Below are positions 62,101 to 64,000 of a DNA stretch of 64,000 nucleotides, in pieces. This stretch comes from Amoebophrya sp. A120 (taxonomy: Eukaryota > Protista > Dinoflagellata): positions 1,864,492-1,928,491 of the forward strand of contig CAJINV010000012.1 of assembly GCA_905178155.1 (NCBI GenBank). Direction: 5' to 3'. Position 1 is the first letter of the stretch. The number at the start of each line of letters is the position of its first letter. The position numbers and the translations under genes are program-made. The notes below the pieces were generated by a model that was given only the letters and a program-made list of their open reading frames with translations, did not search any database and had not been told where the DNA came from.

Positions 62101-64000
62101 CCTTCTTCACGATTATGCAACACAAAATCACCGCACGATATGCTTACCAAAGCACGAAAACCAAAAGCTTCAGCAACGCAGTCATGCAATTTCTCTTGCG
62201 GAATGGATCTGGGTGAAGAGCCTTGTCATGCATCATCGCCATGCATGACTCTAGGAGCTTATCTTGCTCACACGTGTGATGCGATTTCTGTGTGGGTAGC
62301 AACTATTGCTTGGGTCTTAGCCGCGTCGGAGCCGGAGGAGGGGCCGGGGGAACCTGATAGTGATATAGATTTCTCGTATTGCGAATTATGAACTACGGGC
62401 ACGACAACTTACTGCATGTTCCTCATGCACGTGCTGTTCATGCAACAAGACAAAAAGGTTTACTTATTTTGATTCCATTTCCTTTGTCAACGCACTTAAA
62501 ACTGTCATACGACCTGAGCGGCAGGTGGATGTAAACAGAATCCTCATTAAATTTAAACTACCGATCAGTGTAAAAATACCTGGCGGCGTTTTCTTCAGAC
62601 TGGCGTCATCCCCACTTCCGCTCGCCAAATTTGCCTGCGTGGCGGATGCGTTTAAGTTTGCGCTACTCGCGTTCGCGTTCCCTATTTCCGCGCCCTCTTG
62701 CTGGACGGTTTCTACAACATCCAACGATTCCCCTAGCAGATCCGGCTTCGGCACACCCAACTTCATCACCCAATCCAGCAGTTCCGGCCCTTGCCGACTA
62801 TTCGCGTTGTAGACGAAGCTTGGCGGGCAGTCCTCCCAGAGCAGGAAAAAGTAGACCGCGGATAAGTGGATTTTCTTCTGCTCCACCAACTTCTTAAACG
62901 GCTCTTCGCACATGTAGACGAACTCGAAGCAGGTGATTTCTATTTGCAAGGGGAGGAGATTTGGCGGCTTTTCAAATATCACCGGCAGGTCGTCTATCGC
63001 GTCAGACTGGACGACTTGGAGGTAATTGCCGTCCTTTTTCGACTTGTTCGACTTGAAGTTCTTGGACTTCAAATCGTCCGCCTCTTCCCCCAGCCGGCTC
63101 TGCAACCTATGAAATGCAAAAGCACCGTACTAGTAGTAACCGCATTACAAATTTGCTAAGCGTGACAAAAGGAATTTATCATGCTGATTCATGATCTTGA
63201 GAAAGAGATTTGTCATGCACAACTGCGATTACTACGAATGCGATACTTCTGCACAGGATACAACCCACGCAGCGTGGATTTTTGATTCTTGCCCTCTTCT
63301 CTTTTCTCCCGTTCCTCATCCCACCTAACCACAGCCTTTTGAAACAGTTCCGACCAGGCTTTGGTCAGCGTGCCGTGCTTCTTTTTCAGCTTGTTCTTCC
63401 AGATAATCACGTCCTTGTGCAGCTTCGAAAACGCGTCGTTCTGCATCTTCTTCCGCCTTGGGTCGCCAGTGGGGGAAAGAATCCTGTTCAGGTAGGAGGT
63501 TGTCGTGGAGTTTTTGCAGAATTACAAATGACGAGGATCTAGTTTTGTGCAGCTCCACCTCCAGCAAGCCCAAGCTTCACTAGACTGACAAGTCAGTGAG
63601 ACGCGATGTGGTGCTCCTTCGCACATAAAAGTCACTCTATGTCTATCTTCATCATGATGCTCATGCCAAATCATTGACCAAAGATCTTCCAGTACCTTGG
63701 CGACCCTCCCTGTTCTGGGTCAAATTCCTTGCTCCTCGCGCGGTTGAATTCCTGCGTTGTCCGCAAGGTTTCTCGGGTCACCATGGTGGTTTTCAACCCC
63801 ACTCGCTTCGGCGAGCGCATCTCCTTCGGGATTTCCTGCATCGTGAACACCTCTTGCGTATGGGTTGTAAAAGTGTCTGGGTCTGGAAACTTGTGACGCT
63901 GGGTGGCGTATCATGAAGAGGCCACAAGTGCTGGCGCAGCATGACAAGCTTTTGAGCTTCTAGGTGTTGCCTATTCTGCGTGACAAACTGCGTTTCTGCA
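53140..64000 (-). CDS. Giant multi-exon EF-hand repeat protein (5' end beyond window)
   Basis: Repeated units such as LLGWVRFLDTKQTGKLNFKEF, VWRKYLDGKGRGQVTFDQF...IGFQGNTRTLF, MWAFLDFAKKGYLTLDNFD and LFTYLDREISGYVHLSAID. About 19 TIR introns, frame kept where checked. Confidence 0.8.
53378..53537. mobile_element. Introner family A
   Basis: TIR; TSD tccgc/tccgc. Confidence 0.9.
53717..54595. mobile_element. Introner family A with a nested TIR element (53870-54572) inside its right TIR
   Basis: TSD agctg/aactg; nested ends gtagtgaggtc...gacctcactac. Confidence 0.8.
54788..54936. mobile_element. Introner family A
   Basis: TIR; TSD catgt/aatgt. Confidence 0.9.
55677..55821. mobile_element. Introner family A, absent from the homologous site 45985-45989
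   Basis: TSD tttcg/tttcg. Confidence 0.95.
56532..56676. mobile_element. Introner family A, absent from the homologous site 46889-46893
   Basis: TSD gcact/gcact. Confidence 0.95.
56789..56997. mobile_element. Old degenerate introner shared with the copy at 47001-47197
   Basis: TAT..ATA ends; decayed TSD. Confidence 0.65.
57146..57302. mobile_element. Introner family A
   Basis: TIR; TSD tacag/aaccg (both encode Ala-Val). Confidence 0.8.
57852..58126. mobile_element. Introner family B
   Basis: TIR; TSD ccggt/ccggt. Confidence 0.9.
58173..58434. mobile_element. Introner family B
   Basis: TIR; TSD ctggt/ctggt. Confidence 0.9.
58498..58777. mobile_element. Introner family C
   Basis: TIR; TSD agccg/tgccg. 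Confidence 0.85.
59152..59300. mobile_element. Introner family A
   Basis: TIR; TSD ttttc/ttttc. Confidence 0.9.
59444..59750. mobile_element. Introner family I
   Basis: About 54-bp perfect TIR; TSD cggcg/cggcg. Confidence 0.95.
59774..60040. mobile_element. Introner family B, opposite orientation to 8280-8544
   Basis: TIR; TSD agaag/agaag. Confidence 0.9.
60364..60508. mobile_element. Introner family A
   Basis: TIR; TSD agtgg/agtgg. Confidence 0.92.
60550..60758. mobile_element. Introner family G
   Basis: TIR; TSD accca/accca. Confidence 0.92.
60854..61011. mobile_element. Introner family A
   Basis: TIR; TSD tccca/tccca. Confidence 0.9.
61777..61927. mobile_element. Introner family A
   Basis: TIR; TSD gtagt/atagt. 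Confidence 0.85.
63108..63260. mobile_element. Introner family A
   Basis: TIR; TSD caacc/caacc. Confidence 0.9.
63859..64000. mobile_element. Introner family B (truncated by window edge)
   Basis: tatgggttgtaaaagtgtctgggtctgg start. Confidence 0.8.

Noticed and set aside
1-64000. Recurrent short ORF peptides (CKYVWVWK, YEYDTFA, LQILFLMLRKFVM) as a protein family
   Set aside because: They are translations of introner TIRs and bodies. Most plus-strand ORFs are shadows of minus-strand exons.

Overview
Eukaryotic genomic DNA with about 11 multi-exon genes, all on the minus strand: an EF-hand plus DUF5718-like protein, a giant HSL-type lipase, a DnaJB13-like Hsp40, a secreted FKBP, RPL36, an ADP-ribosyltransferase-fold protein, a giant EF-hand-repeat protein and several hypotheticals. 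The dominant feature is about 75 short (109-340 bp) non-autonomous elements from at least 10 terminal-inverted-repeat (TIR) families. Nearly all start TAT and end ATA, sit between 5-bp target-site duplications (TSDs), occur in both orientations within exons, and restore the reading frame when the element plus one TSD is removed, usually with no GT-AG available. They behave as non-canonical transposon-introns (introners). This, with co-oriented genes, suggests a syndinian dinoflagellate such as Amoebophrya (inference). All families, and the ordinary GT-AG introns, share an internal GCATNACAA/TTGTNATGC motif, and element lengths cluster on a roughly 52-bp ladder. A diverged gene copy supplies filled and empty sites. 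Two composite loci contain long one-ended elements with the same terminus type next to local duplications. No transposase ORF was recognised. Family letters are my own labels.
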